64,000 nucleotides of DNA from an uncultured bacterium (GTDB taxonomy: Bacteria > Eisenbacteria > RBG-16-71-46): positions 13,016 to 77,015 of the forward strand of contig CAZSQX010000006.1 in NCBI GenBank assembly GCA_964609125.1, in the 5' to 3' direction. The position numbers were made by a program, and so were the translations under genes. Every line of letters starts with the position of its first letter. Position 1 is the first letter of the stretch. Below, one piece after another: positions 12,209 to 22,011 of the stretch. The notes beneath the pieces were generated by a model, which was not told where the DNA came from, searched no databases, and saw nothing but the letters and a program-made list of their open reading frames with translations.

Positions 12209-12281
12209 GCGCGAGGTCCGCGCGACGGCGGCCCGCCGGGGCCCGTGCGGCCCGGAAGCGTGTCCGGGACGCGTCGCGTGC

Positions 12282-12836
12282 TCACTCGAGCTCCCCCTCG
12301 CGCCAGCCCTCGCCCGCGGGCTCCCCCAGCAGGTGCAGCACCTTGTCGGTGAACCCCGACACGAGCGCCGCGAGGTCGGCCGGCCGGCGATACCAGGGCG
12401 GCGAGACCGGCATGATCACCGCGCCCTCGCGCGAGAGCCGCAGCATGTTCTCGAGCGCGATGCCCGACAGCGGCGTCTCGCGCACGCACAGGACCAGCCG
12501 CATCCTCTCCTTCAGCGCCACCGCGGCGGCACGCGTGATGAGCGTGTCGGCGATCCCGGTCGCGATCTTCCCGAGCGTGCTCACGCTGCAGGGCAGCACG
12601 ACCATCGCGTCGTGGCGGTTGCTGCCCGAGCTGAACGGCGCCGCGAGGTCGGAATCGCGGAACAGCTTCTTCACGTGCGGCTCGAGGTCGGCGGGCTTCA
12701 GGCCGGTCTCGTCCGCGAGCACGTGCCGCGCCCAGTCGGAGAGGACCAGGTACTTTTCGCCCGGGCAGCGCTTCACCAGGTCCACGCCGTACGCCGCGCC
12801 GCTCGCGCCGGTCATGGCGATCAGGTACCGCGCCAT
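12282..12836 (-). CDS. ubiX: Flavin prenyltransferase UbiX
   Basis: AMTGASGAAYG, APFSSGS, PCSVSTLGKIA, VRETPLS motifs. Confidence 0.95.
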   Translation of the reverse strand: MARYLIAMTGASGAAYGVDLVKRCPGEKYLVLSDWARHVLADETGLKPADLEPHVKKLFRDSDLAAPFSSGSNRHDAMVVLPCSVSTLGKIATGIADTLITRAAAVALKERMRLVLCVRETPLSGIALENMLRLSREGAVIMPVSPPWYRRPADLAALVSGFTDKVLHLLGEPAGEGWREGELE

Positions 12837-12838
12837 TC

Positions 12839-13795
12839 TCAGAAGCCGCCGCCGGTCATGCGTGCCGCGAGCACCGCGAGCAGGACGAGGAAGCCCACGG
12901 CGACGTTGATCTTGAAGAACGCGAGGTTCACGTCCTCCGCCCACCGCTGCTCGAGCCAGAGCATCACGGCCGCGGTCGTGAACAGGATCGCGGTGAGCGT
13001 GAGCCAGAACGGGTTCGACCAGCCGGTGGGCGGGGCGATGAACCGGAAGATGAGCGGGTCTCCGTCGCGGTCCAGATTGAACGCCAGCCGCCACAGCGAC
13101 CAGGCGAGCGCCGAGATCGCACCCACGTGCAGCGCCCACGACACGCGCAGCGCGCGTGCCCTCCCGAGCCACACGACCATGCTCCGGACGCCGGCCTGGC
13201 GGTCGAACGCCTCGTCAAGCGTCGCATAGATGATGTCGAAGCCGGTCACCCAGCAGAACGCGAACGCGGCGAGGCCCCACGCCGGCAGGCCGTCCTGGAG
13301 TTGCGGGTGCGCCGCGGCGAAGCCGGCGAGCGGCGCGAGGGCCAGTGCCGTGCCGACCCCCGCGTGACAGAGCGGGGTGAAGCGCTTCAGGTACGGATAG
13401 AGCGCGAACACCGCAAGCGGCAGCAGCGCGACCTTGACGAACCAGGGGCCCAGCGCCGCGCACGCGACGAGGTAGACCGCCGTGCTCGCGAGCAGGAGCG
13501 CGACGGCCTCGGCGGGCTTCATGCGCCCAGCCGGCAGCTCGCGCCCCGCGGTGCGCGGGTTCCTCACGTCGAGGTGGCGGTCGATGAGCCGGTTGAGCGT
13601 CATCGCGGCGGTGCGCGCGCCCACGGCCGCGGCCGCGATCCACGCCCAGCGGCTGCCCTCGAGCGCCCGACCGTCCGCCGAGAACACACCGGCGAGGATC
13701 AGCGGCAGCGAGAACAGGGTGTGCTCGAAGCGCACGAACGAGGCGTACGTGCGCAGTCGGTCGGGGGCGGGGAGATCGGGGCTGGCGGTGGTCAT
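12839..13795 (-). CDS. ubiA: UbiA-family polyprenyltransferase
   Basis: FEHTLFSLP, NRLIDRHLDVRNPRT..RELP, YPYLKRFT, GFDIIYATLDEAFDR; multiple TM segments. Confidence 0.92.
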   Translation of the reverse strand: MTTASPDLPAPDRLRTYASFVRFEHTLFSLPLILAGVFSADGRALEGSRWAWIAAAAVGARTAAMTLNRLIDRHLDVRNPRTAGRELPAGRMKPAEAVALLLASTAVYLVACAALGPWFVKVALLPLAVFALYPYLKRFTPLCHAGVGTALALAPLAGFAAAHPQLQDGLPAWGLAAFAFCWVTGFDIIYATLDEAFDRQAGVRSMVVWLGRARALRVSWALHVGAISALAWSLWRLAFNLDRDGDPLIFRFIAPPTGWSNPFWLTLTAILFTTAAVMLWLEQRWAEDVNLAFFKINVAVGFLVLLAVLAARMTGGGF

Positions 13796-14392
13796 TCGGT
13801 TCGACCCAGGCGTCGGCCCGGGGCGGAGCGCGAGTCTATCGGCCACGCGGAGGGGCGGCCAACGCCACGGGCGAAGGCGGGCGGGCTGGTGACGACGCCG
13901 CGAGGGTGAGCCACGAGCGCTCAGGCCGGCACGCACCGCGAGGCGACGAAGCCCGCTGATTCCGGCGGCCGGCCCGGCCGGCGGGCTCCTCGCGATCGAG
14001 CCCGCGCCGGTTCGAGCCGCGGCAGGGACGCATCGTGCTGCTGCAGCTCGGGGCCCGCGGGCGGGATCCATCCCGTCCACCGCCCCGCAGGGACCCGCGG
14101 GGCAGGCGGCCAGCGCGCGCGGCGCATCGGGCGATCGGCCCCCGATGAACGACCCCCTCCGCTGCCCGCGGCCGCCGCCTGCTCCCACGGCAACCCGCTT
14201 CATGGATGGCGCCGGGACTCGGGCCGGCGCGACGCCCTCGCCCATTCGCAAGCCGCGGGCCAGCGGCAAGTGGGCCGGAACCGGTACCGGGACGGCTGGT
14301 TGCGCCGGATTTGCCGGCCCGCCCGTGTCGTCCGGCCGACGCTCGCGTGACCGGGGCGACGGCGGCCCGGAAGACGCCTCATCCTGAACAGG

Positions 14393-14422
14393 TTGACGAG
14401 CTGCACGCCTGTGCAGTAGAGT
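14393..14422 (+). promoter_or_regulatory. lexA sigma70-type promoter
   Basis: TTGACG (14393-14398), 18-nt spacer, TAGAGT (14417-14422); SD GAAGGA before ATG 14473. Confidence 0.7.
14401..14416. promoter_or_regulatory. Putative LexA operator (SOS box) CTGCAC-N4-GTGCAG
   Basis: Palindrome with 6-bp arms filling the -35/-10 spacer of the lexA promoter; same N4 geometry as the GAAC-N4-GTTC box. Confidence 0.65.
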
Positions 14423-14472
14423 TCCGCTCGTGCCAGGTCCGCGACGCGGACCCAACCGAGAAGGACCTCACG

Positions 14473-15072
14473 ATGCTCAATGAACGCGCGCGGGAGATCC
14501 ACTCCTTCATCCAGCGCTATCGCCGCGAGCATGGCTCGGCGCCGACCATCCGCGAGATCGGCCGGCAGTTCGCGATCACGTCCACGAACGGCGTCCGCTA
14601 CTACTTGAACCTGCTCGAGAAGGCCGGCTACATCCGCCGGACGGGCGGGATCTCGCGCGGGATCGGGCCCTCCGAGTCGCCCCGAGGCGGGATCCCCGTG
14701 CTCGGGCGCGTGGCCGCCGGCCAGCCGATCCTCGCCGAAGAGAACTGGGAAGGGTCGCTGGAGTTGAGCGAGATGTTCGGCCAGACCGGCGAGTTGTTCG
14801 CGCTCCAGGTCCGGGGCGACAGCATGGTGGACGCCGGGATCCTCCCCGGGGACCACGTCATCGTCCAGAAGCAGGACACGGCACGGGCCGGCGACATGGT
14901 GGTGGCCGCACTCGAGGACGAAGCGACCGTCAAGTACTTCCAGCCCCGCAGGGGGCGGGTGGAGCTGGTGCCCGCGAACGCGAAGTACCAGCCGATCGTG
15001 GTCGGCGAGGACTCCGGCTTCCGGATCCTCGGCCTGGTCCGGGGCGTCATCCGCACCGTCGGCCGAGCCTGA
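14473..15072 (+). CDS. lexA: SOS repressor LexA
   Basis: wHTH PTIREIG..STNGV, cleavage site VAAG, catalytic Ser in VRGDSM and Lys in ATVK. Confidence 0.97.
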   Translation: MLNERAREIHSFIQRYRREHGSAPTIREIGRQFAITSTNGVRYYLNLLEKAGYIRRTGGISRGIGPSESPRGGIPVLGRVAAGQPILAEENWEGSLELSEMFGQTGELFALQVRGDSMVDAGILPGDHVIVQKQDTARAGDMVVAALEDEATVKYFQPRRGRVELVPANAKYQPIVVGEDSGFRILGLVRGVIRTVGRA

Positions 15073-15086
15073 CCGAGGGTTTCGCG

Positions 15087-15119
15087 GGCGGGAGCGAGAC
15101 GCGCTCCCGCCTTCGTTTC
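15087..15119 (+). terminator. Intrinsic terminator after lexA
   Basis: 10-bp stem GGCGGGAGCG/CGCTCCCGCC, 5-nt loop, followed by TTCGTTTC. Confidence 0.7.
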
Positions 15120-15129
15120 ACCACAGAGG

Positions 15130-15143
15130 TGCACATCTGTTCA
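15130..15143. promoter_or_regulatory. Second putative LexA box TGCAC-N4-GTTCA
   Basis: TGCACATCTGTTCA 26 nt upstream of the tnpA-like start; matches the lexA-promoter palindrome in arm sequence and spacing. Confidence 0.55.
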
Positions 15144-15169
15144 ACCAGGTCCCCGCAGGAGGTCTCACC

Positions 15170-15646
15170 GTGGATACGAAGCTGGCTCCCCCCGTCCGCC
15201 GTTCGCTGATGAAGCGCTGGGAGCCCCTCTATCGCAGCCAGCTCCACTACCTGGTCACGTGGAGCACGCGGGGGCGGAGGCCGGTCCTCAAGGACCGCCA
15301 TCTCGACGCGATCCAGGCGCTGGTGCGCACCGTCTGTGAGGAGCGCGCGATCGAGCTGGTCGAGGTCGTGGCCGGCGCGGACCATGTGCACGCGCTGTTC
15401 GGGTTGAAGCCGGCGCAGAGCGTGGCCAGCGCCGTGCGCGAGCTGAAGGGGCGCACGAGCATGCAGCTGATGCAGGACTTCCCCGAGCTGCGCGTGTGGC
15501 TGCGCGGGAACCTGCTCTGGGACGAGCGCTACGCGGTCGAGACCGTGAGCCCGCTGCGCGTCGAGCGAATGCGGGAACGGCTCCAGCACATCCACCGGCC
15601 GCTGCACGAGCCCATGGTCCCCGAGGACTGGGCCGCGGCGAGCTGA
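15170..15646 (+). CDS. IS200/IS605 TnpA-like (Y1 HUH) protein, apparently lacking the catalytic Tyr
   Basis: HYLVTWSTRGRRPVL, HUH motif DHVH, ELKGRTS, FPEL, LW..RYAVETV; Arg where TnpA has the I..YI..Q tyrosine; GTG start with GGAGG SD. Confidence 0.8.
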   Translation: MDTKLAPPVRRSLMKRWEPLYRSQLHYLVTWSTRGRRPVLKDRHLDAIQALVRTVCEERAIELVEVVAGADHVHALFGLKPAQSVASAVRELKGRTSMQLMQDFPELRVWLRGNLLWDERYAVETVSPLRVERMRERLQHIHRPLHEPMVPEDWAAAS

Positions 15647-15753
15647 CCACCGGATCCGCCACCGGCCGCGGCGCGCATCCCGCTCGCCCGCCTTGTCGTC
15701 GCGGCCGGTGGAATCCCCTCGGGGCCGGGATCCGCCGGAGCGTCTGCGTTGGG

Positions 15754-16746
15754 TCAGCCCCGCTCCACAATTGCTTCGACGGCCTCCGGGCGGTCTCGCG
15801 AGGCGAGGAAGGCTCCGGCCATGACCGTGACGGCGCCGAGCATCTGGATCGGACGCAGCGACTCACCCAGGAACAGCGCCGCGGCGACGATGGCGATCAC
15901 CGGCTCGCTGGTGGCGATGAGCCCGGCCTCCGAAGCAGGTAACCTCTTGAGCCCAGCATAGAAGCAGCGGAACGGCACCAGCGTCGAGAACATGCCGAGC
16001 AGAAGGAACCTCCACCACGCCACGGCAGGGTAGCCCGCGGCGAGGATCCGCCATGGGGGCGTCACGCATGCCCAGAACAGTGCGGCCACGCCGAACGTGT
16101 AGAAGAGCAGAGTCTCGGGCCGGTACCTCGCGAGTCCGCGCTTCGAGTAGAGCACGTAGAAAGCGAAGATGACTGCGGAGGAGGCTCCCACCAGCCAGTC
16201 GAGAGGGCTCGCGCCGCTCGCGTGAGGGTCCATTCCGTTCACGAGCAGCGCCGTGCCGCCCAGAGCGAGGACCACCGCGATCACCGTCGCGGGCGTGGGC
16301 CGTGCGCCGCGCGCCATCTCCCAGAGCAGGATGAGCGCAGGGGCGACGTACTGGAGCAGGATCGCGAGCCCGACACCGAGACGGGCGATGGAGAAGTAGT
16401 AGCTGCCCTGGACCGCCGCCACGCCGAAGAGCCCGAGCACGAGGAGATAAACCGCGTCGCGTCGCTCCACGCGGAGCGCATTCCGATGGCGCAGCGCGAG
16501 CCAGGCGAGGAGCAGCGTGGCCGCGATGGCGAGCCGCAGCTCCACGACCACGAGCGCCGGCACCCCGAGGTCGCGGAAGACCGATCGGGCCAGGGTGGCG
16601 GTCGAGCCCCAGAAGAACGCGGCCAGGAACACATGGAGGCGGCCGAGGGTGCGTTCGTCCCGCGGCCGCCGGGAGGTCGCGGTCAGGGCGTCGGCCCCTC
16701 CGGCCCGGGTCCACGGGCGCGTGCGACCGGTGCCACGGTGAGCCAC
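15754..16746 (-). CDS. EamA/DMT-family transporter
   Basis: About 10 hydrophobic segments, two EamA repeats (YYFSIARLGVGLA..LQYVAP; GLKRLPASEAGLIATSEPV); start uncertain. Confidence 0.9.
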   Translation of the reverse strand: MAHRGTGRTRPWTRAGGADALTATSRRPRDERTLGRLHVFLAAFFWGSTATLARSVFRDLGVPALVVVELRLAIAATLLLAWLALRHRNALRVERRDAVYLLVLGLFGVAAVQGSYYFSIARLGVGLAILLQYVAPALILLWEMARGARPTPATVIAVVLALGGTALLVNGMDPHASGASPLDWLVGASSAVIFAFYVLYSKRGLARYRPETLLFYTFGVAALFWACVTPPWRILAAGYPAVAWWRFLLLGMFSTLVPFRCFYAGLKRLPASEAGLIATSEPVIAIVAAALFLGESLRPIQMLGAVTVMAGAFLASRDRPEAVEAIVERG

Positions 16747-16798
16747 TCATCAAGATCACCGCAGTTCATTGTCGGTGAATGCATTCAGAAACACTGAA

Positions 16799-17200
16799 TC
16801 AGCGGTGTCGGACCACTCCGCCCAACTCGACCGGCTCCGCAGCCGACTCGAGCATCGTGCAGCGTCCGGTGAAGTGGACGCCTTGCTCCATGGCGATCGA
16901 GAGTGCGGCGACGTCACCTTCGATGCGGGCGGTGGACCTCATCTCGATGGACCCGAGGGCCCGGATGTTCCCGTAGACGCGCCCCATGAGCAGCGCCTCC
17001 CGCACCTCCACGTCCGCGCGCAGGATCCCATGCTCACCGACCTCGATGCGTTCGCAATTCAGGATATCGCCCTCGAACTCGCCGTCGATCCGAAGCGTGC
17101 CGGAGACCATGATCGTGCCGCGGAACGTGGAGTTCACGCCGATCACGGTGTTCGGCACCGGCGGTTCCTCCTGCGGCTGCTGGTGACGGAACTTGAGCAT
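16799..17200 (-). CDS. Bactofilin (polymer-forming cytoskeletal protein)
   Basis: TVIG....FRG....GTLRIDG.FEG.I, G.V.GNI, ARIEGDV, MEQGVHFTG beta-helix repeats; directly downstream of parB. Confidence 0.92.
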   Translation of the reverse strand: MLKFRHQQPQEEPPVPNTVIGVNSTFRGTIMVSGTLRIDGEFEGDILNCERIEVGEHGILRADVEVREALLMGRVYGNIRALGSIEMRSTARIEGDVAALSIAMEQGVHFTGRCTMLESAAEPVELGGVVRHR

Positions 17201-17233
17201 CAGAACCTCCCTGTCTCCGATCCCTCGGAGCGG

Positions 17234-18100
17234 CTAGAGGACGCCCCACGCCTCGAGCAGCCGCTCGAGATCCTCCTGGCTGTAGTAGTCGAACTCGACC
17301 CGGCCGCCCTTCCGCCCCGGCGTGATCGCCACGCGGGTGGAGAACCGCTGCTGCAGACGGGCCTCGAGGTCCGCGAGCGCGCTGGCCCGCGCGGGACGCG
17401 GCCGGCTCGCCCCTGCACGCTGCTTCCGTCGGATGAACGCTTCAGTGCGGCGAACCGAGAAGCCCCTGCCCGAGATGTACCTGGCCGCGACGAGCTGCTC
17501 CGCCCGCCCGTTCAGTGCGAGGATGGCCCGGGCGTGCCCGGCGGACAGTGTTCCACGTGAAACCATGTCCATCACCTCGGGCGGAAGGCCCAGGAGCCGC
17601 AGCGAGTTCGTGATCGTCGCGCGCTGCTTCCCGACCCGCTCGGACAGTTGGTCGTGCGTGAGCCCGACCTTGTCGATGAGCGCCTGGTAGGCCTTGGCCT
17701 CGTCGATCGGATTCAGGTCCTCGCGCTGGACGTTCTCGACCAGCGCCACCTCGAGCATCGCCCGGTCCTCGAGCTCCTTCACGATCACGGGGACCTTCGC
17801 GAGCCCGGCCATCCGCGCGGCGCGGAGCCGGCGCTCTCCGGCGACGAGCTGATGGTCGCCGGAGCCGACGCGCCGCACCAGCAGCGGCTGGATCACGCCG
17901 GTGGTCCGGATGGAATCCGCGAGTTCCTTCAAGCTCGCTTCGTCAAATCGGGTACGGGGCTGGAACGGATTCGGGCCGATGGTGTCGATGGCGACTTCGG
18001 CGGCCCCCGCCTGTGCCGGCGGGAGCCCTTCCGTCGCCACGGTCGCGTTGTCGCCCGAGATCAGGGCTTCGAGACCGCGGCCGAGCGCCTTCCTGGTCAT
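17234..18100 (-). CDS. parB: Chromosome partitioning protein ParB
   Basis: [63 protein letters not shown]. Confidence 0.97.
   Translation of the reverse strand: MTRKALGRGLEALISGDNATVATEGLPPAQAGAAEVAIDTIGPNPFQPRTRFDEASLKELADSIRTTGVIQPLLVRRVGSGDHQLVAGERRLRAARMAGLAKVPVIVKELEDRAMLEVALVENVQREDLNPIDEAKAYQALIDKVGLTHDQLSERVGKQRATITNSLRLLGLPPEVMDMVSRGTLSAGHARAILALNGRAEQLVAARYISGRGFSVRRTEAFIRRKQRAGASRPRPARASALADLEARLQQRFSTRVAITPGRKGGRVEFDYYSQEDLERLLEAWGVL
17549..17564. promoter_or_regulatory. parS site within parB
   Basis: TGTTCCACGTGAAACC, close to consensus TGTTTCACGTGAAACA; encodes VSRGT. Confidence 0.8.
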
Positions 18101-18855
18101 TGGTTGAGCACCTCCCTTGCCAGCTCGCGGTAGCTCTCAGCGCCGGAGCTGTGCGGGTCGTAGAGCACGATGGGTTTGCCGAACGATGGCGCTTCACTGA
18201 GCCGGACGTTCCTGGGGATGACCGTCTTGTAGACCCTGTCCGAGAAGAACTTGCGAGCCTCGTCCGCGACCTGCCGCGAGAGGCTCAGGCGCGCGTCGTA
18301 CATGGTGAGCAGCACGCCTTCGATCCGGAGCCCCGGGTTCAGGTGGTCCTGAACGAGTCGGATGGCGGAGATGAGCTGCGTGAGACCCTCGAGTGCCAGG
18401 TACTCGCACTGGAGCGGGATGATCACCGAGTCGGAGGCCGTGAGCGAGTTCACGGTCAGGAGCCCCAACGAAGGCGGGCTGTCGATGAGGACGAAGTCAT
18501 AGTCGTCTCTCACCTTGGCGAGACAGCTCTTGAGCCGCGTCTCCCGCGCCATCATGCCGACGAGCTCCACCTCGCCGCCCGAGAGCCGCTGGCCGGTGGG
18601 CAGAAGTTCCATCCCCGAGACGGGCGAGGGAAGGATGGCCTCCTTGAGGTCCGCCTGGCCGATGAGCACCTCGTAGGTCCCGAGGCGCTGGTCGTTGCCG
18701 TTCACCCCGAGCCCGCTCGTCGCGTTCCCCTGCGGGTCCATGTCCACGAGGAGGACCCGGCGGCCCTCCTGCGCGATGCACGCGCCGAGGTTGATCGCCG
18801 TGGTGGTCTTGCCCACGCCGCCCTTCTGGCTGGCGATCGAGATGACGCGTCCCAT
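18097..18855 (-). CDS. parA: Chromosome partitioning ATPase ParA/Soj
   Basis: Deviant Walker [51 protein letters not shown]; ATGA overlap with parB. Confidence 0.97.
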   Translation of the reverse strand: MGRVISIASQKGGVGKTTTAINLGACIAQEGRRVLLVDMDPQGNATSGLGVNGNDQRLGTYEVLIGQADLKEAILPSPVSGMELLPTGQRLSGGEVELVGMMARETRLKSCLAKVRDDYDFVLIDSPPSLGLLTVNSLTASDSVIIPLQCEYLALEGLTQLISAIRLVQDHLNPGLRIEGVLLTMYDARLSLSRQVADEARKFFSDRVYKTVIPRNVRLSEAPSFGKPIVLYDPHSSGAESYRELAREVLNQ

Positions 18856-19014
18856 TCCCTTGGTCCGACCAGCCTCGCGCGGGGTCCGCTCCCTGGACGA
18901 CGGCGCCATCGCGCCGGCGACACCATCGCTGCGGGCGGTCTACGGGCGCGCGTGGCCGGACCGCGTCGGCAGCGCGCGGAAACTACCAACTGCGCCGTGC
19001 GTGGACAAGCCGAT

Positions 19015-19030
19015 AGTTCCACGTGGAACA
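19015..19030. promoter_or_regulatory. parS site upstream of parA
   Basis: AGTTCCACGTGGAACA, one mismatch to the palindrome TGTTCCACGTGGAACA. Confidence 0.88.
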
Positions 19031-19041
19031 AGCGCCATCGA

Positions 19042-19071
19042 AATAAGGCAAATTGCTCACTTCTTTGTCAA
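19042..19071 (-). promoter_or_regulatory. Probable parAB promoter overlapping the rsmG 3' end
   Basis: Minus strand TTGACA (19071-19066), 18-nt spacer ending TGC, CTTATT (19047-19042); locally AT-rich; predicted start about 5 nt before parS. Confidence 0.6.
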
Positions 19072-19698
19072 TACGACGACCGCATTTAGGGAGTCGCGAA
19101 GTGCGTGGATGACAGGCTCCGACCAGCCGAGTCGCAGCGCGTCGCCCGCTGCTGCGATCTCGTCGTGCACGCCGCTGCCCTTCCAGAGGATCGCATGTCC
19201 CCGCGAGGGCAGGACTCGGGTCGCGAGCGCGAGTGTGGGTCCGAGCTTGAGGGTGGCTCGCGAGGTGAACCCGTCCGCGCGCGTGTCGTCGAGTCGCCCG
19301 GGCTCGAGCGCCTCGAGCCGGCCGGTGATCACCTCGACGTGGTAGAGCCCCAGCGCCTGGACAACGCGCCGCAGGAACAGCGTCTTGTTCCGCCTCGATT
19401 CGACCAGCGTCCAGTGCTCACCTACGCCCGCGATGGCGAGGGGGATCGCGGGGAAGCCACCACCCGAGCCGAAATCAAGTAATTGCTTACACCCCAATGT
19501 CTTGATTATGGCTACTCCGGCCAGCGACTCGGCCAGGTGGCGTTCCACGAGCCGCGTCTCGTCGTCGCGCGAGATGAGGTTCGAGACACCCTGGTTCCAG
19601 CTCAGGAGTTCCGCGGCGAACGAGCGCAGGCGTCCGAGGACGCGTTCGACCTCGGCGTCGTCTCCCGCGAGCAGAGGCCGGAGCGAGTCCCACGGCAT
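19057..19698 (-). CDS. rsmG: 16S rRNA m7G527 methyltransferase RsmG (GidB)
   Basis: WNQGVSNLIS, RHLAESL, LDFGSGGGFPAIPLAI, VESRRNKTLFL, SRA, KG; position between mnmG and parA. Confidence 0.93.
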   Translation of the reverse strand: MPWDSLRPLLAGDDAEVERVLGRLRSFAAELLSWNQGVSNLISRDDETRLVERHLAESLAGVAIIKTLGCKQLLDFGSGGGFPAIPLAIAGVGEHWTLVESRRNKTLFLRRVVQALGLYHVEVITGRLEALEPGRLDDTRADGFTSRATLKLGPTLALATRVLPSRGHAILWKGSGVHDEIAAAGDALRLGWSEPVIHALRDSLNAVVVLTKK

Positions 19699-19998
19699 CC
19701 GGTCGAGGAGCCTGACCGGGTCGGGGCGCGGCCTGGTGCGCCGATCGACCGGAGCCCCAGGTGGAAGGCCCTGGCGGCCTCCACCGCGACCGGTGCGAGC
19801 CCGGCCCCGGTCCGGACGCTCGCCACCGGCAGTGGTGGCTCTCGGGGGGCGCGAGCGACGCGGAGGGGCCATGGCCCCGCACACTACCGGAGAGCGCGCC
19901 CGCCTGCCGCCCGTCCGACTCCCGTCGCGCCCGCAGGAGTCGCGTGGGCGCCCCGGTCCGGTCGGGCACGCGCCCATGGGCCGGCCCGCGGCGGCGGA

Positions 19999-22011
19999 TC
20001 AGTCCGAGCGCCTGCCCTCGGCCGACATCGTTCCAGGCATGCCGGCCGGCTCGCTCCGCGCGCGCCTCGCGTGCACGAGCAGCACCGCGACGTCCGACGG
20101 CGAGACGCCCGCGATCCTCGAGGCGGCGCCGACGTTCGCCGGGCGCCAGCGGCGGAGCTTCTCCACGGCCTCGCGCGAGAGTCCCGCGAGTTCCCGGTCC
20201 CAGAACGATCCCGGCAGCGCCAGCTCCTCGAGCCCTGCCGCGGCGGCGGCGGTGCGCTGCTGACGGGCGATGTAGCCGCGATAGCGCACGCGCACCTCGA
20301 GCGCGGCGTGGAGAGCGCCGGGCAGAGGCGCCTCCACGCCCAGCGCCTGGAGCTCCGCGTAGCGCGCCCCGGGTCGCGCGAGCCAGTCGAGCGCCGTCAC
20401 GCGCCGCGGGCCGTCGTCGGAGGGCGCGGTGACGCTCGCGGCCGCGAGCCGCCGTTCCTCGGCGTCCACGGCCGCCCAGCGCGCGCGAGTGCGCTCGAGC
20501 TGTCCGTCGGTGAGGAGCCCGAGCCCGTGGCCCAGCGCCGCGAGCCGTTCGTCGGCGTTGTCCGCGCGCAGGAGCAGCCGGTGCTCCGCAGCGGACGTGA
20601 ACATCCGGTAGGGCTCGCGATGTTCGCGCGTGACCAGGTCGTCCACGAGCACGCCGATGTAGGCCTGGTCGCGCCGCAGCACGAACGGCGTCTCGCCGCG
20701 CACGGCGCGCGCGGCGTTCACGCCGGCCACGAATCCCTGCGCGGCCGCCTCCTCGTAGCCCGACGTGCCGCAGATCTGCCCGGCCAGCCACAGTCCGGGC
20801 ACGCGCCGGCATCGGAGCGTCGCGTCCAGCTGGTGCGGCAGGACGAAGTCGTACTCCACCGCGTAGCCGGGCCGCAGCATCTCGGCCCGCTCCAGGCCCT
20901 CGATCGTGCGGATGAACTCGAGCTGCACCTCCTCCGGCATGCTGGTCGAGACGCCGTTCACGTAGATCTCGGCCACGTCGCGGCCCTCGGGCTCGAGGAA
21001 CAGGTGGTGACGCTCGCGCCCGGCGAACTTCATCACCTTGTCCTCGAGCGACGGGCAGTAGCGCGGGCCCGTGCCGGTGATGGCGCCGGAGTAGAGCGGC
21101 GACCGCGCCAAGTTCCTTCGTATCACCTCGTGCGTGCGTGCGTTCGTGTGCGTGGTCCAGCACTCGACCTGCTCCAGCTCGAGCCGCCCGGTCCAGTGCG
21201 AGAACGGCTCGGGCGGGTCGTCGCCCGGCGCCACCTCGAGCGAGGCGAAGTCGATGGACCTGCGGTCGAGCCGCGGCGGAGTTCCGGTCTTGAGCCGCCC
21301 GCGCTCGAGTCCCAGCTCGGCGAGGCATCCGGACAGCGCCCGCGCCGCGTGCTCTCCGAGCCGGCCGCCGGCGAGCCGGCGTTCGCCGATGTGGAGCACG
21401 CCGTCCAGGAACGTGCCGGGCGTGATGACCACGGCGCGCGCGGCGAGCACGCGCCCGTCCGCGAGCTCGACTCCGGCCGCGCAGCCCGACTCGATCCGGA
21501 CGCGGCGCGCGACCCCCTCCACGAACTCGAGCCCCGGCGTGTCGCCGAGGAGCCGTAGCATCTCCGTCGAGTAGGCCGCCTTGTCGCACTGGGCGCGCGG
21601 TGACCACACCGCGGGACCGCGCCCGCGGTTCAGCATCTTGAACTGGATCCCGGCGCGGTCGGTGACCCGCGCCATCACGCCGCCGAGCGCGTCCAGCTCG
21701 CGCACCATCTGCCCCTTGGCCACCCCGCCGATGGCGGGATTGCACGACATCTTCGCGGTGTCGGCGAGCTGCACGGTGAGGAGCGCGGTCGAGAGCCCCA
21801 TGCGCGCGCAGGCGTGCGCCGCCTCGCAACCGGCGTGGCCGGCGCCCACCACCACCACGTCCCAGCGGCCCTCGCGGCTCGCCGCGCCGCGCGCGCGCTC
21901 CGGCAGCGCCCCGGGTGGGGCGCCGGGCGAGGGCGCGTAGTGCGCGGCGGAGTCCTCGAGGAGCCCCGGGCCCGGCGCGCGTCCGGGCGCGATCCGCGGG
22001 ACGCCCTTCAT
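19999..22011 (-). CDS. mnmG: tRNA uridine 5-carboxymethylaminomethyl modification enzyme MnmG (GidA)
   Basis: [62 protein letters not shown]; about 45-aa N-terminal extension if ATG 22011 is used. Confidence 0.97.
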   Translation of the reverse strand: MKGVPRIAPGRAPGPGLLEDSAAHYAPSPGAPPGALPERARGAASREGRWDVVVVGAGHAGCEAAHACARMGLSTALLTVQLADTAKMSCNPAIGGVAKGQMVRELDALGGVMARVTDRAGIQFKMLNRGRGPAVWSPRAQCDKAAYSTEMLRLLGDTPGLEFVEGVARRVRIESGCAAGVELADGRVLAARAVVITPGTFLDGVLHIGERRLAGGRLGEHAARALSGCLAELGLERGRLKTGTPPRLDRRSIDFASLEVAPGDDPPEPFSHWTGRLELEQVECWTTHTNARTHEVIRRNLARSPLYSGAITGTGPRYCPSLEDKVMKFAGRERHHLFLEPEGRDVAEIYVNGVSTSMPEEVQLEFIRTIEGLERAEMLRPGYAVEYDFVLPHQLDATLRCRRVPGLWLAGQICGTSGYEEAAAQGFVAGVNAARAVRGETPFVLRRDQAYIGVLVDDLVTREHREPYRMFTSAAEHRLLLRADNADERLAALGHGLGLLTDGQLERTRARWAAVDAEERRLAAASVTAPSDDGPRRVTALDWLARPGARYAELQALGVEAPLPGALHAALEVRVRYRGYIARQQRTAAAAAGLEELALPGSFWDRELAGLSREAVEKLRRWRPANVGAASRIAGVSPSDVAVLLVHARRARSEPAGMPGTMSAEGRRSD

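Noticed and set aside
14255-14322. Long imperfect hairpin in the ubiA-lexA intergenic region
   Set aside because: GC-rich stems arise easily here; no recognisable riboswitch, SRP or tRNA motif
15087-15734. Active IS200/IS605 insertion sequence
   Set aside because: No tnpB, apparent loss of the catalytic Tyr, and the upstream hairpin looks like the lexA terminator; reported as a CDS instead
16776-16787. 12-bp palindrome TGAATGCATTCA upstream of the EamA gene
   Set aside because: Possible operator, but single occurrence with no nearby regulator and no second site for support
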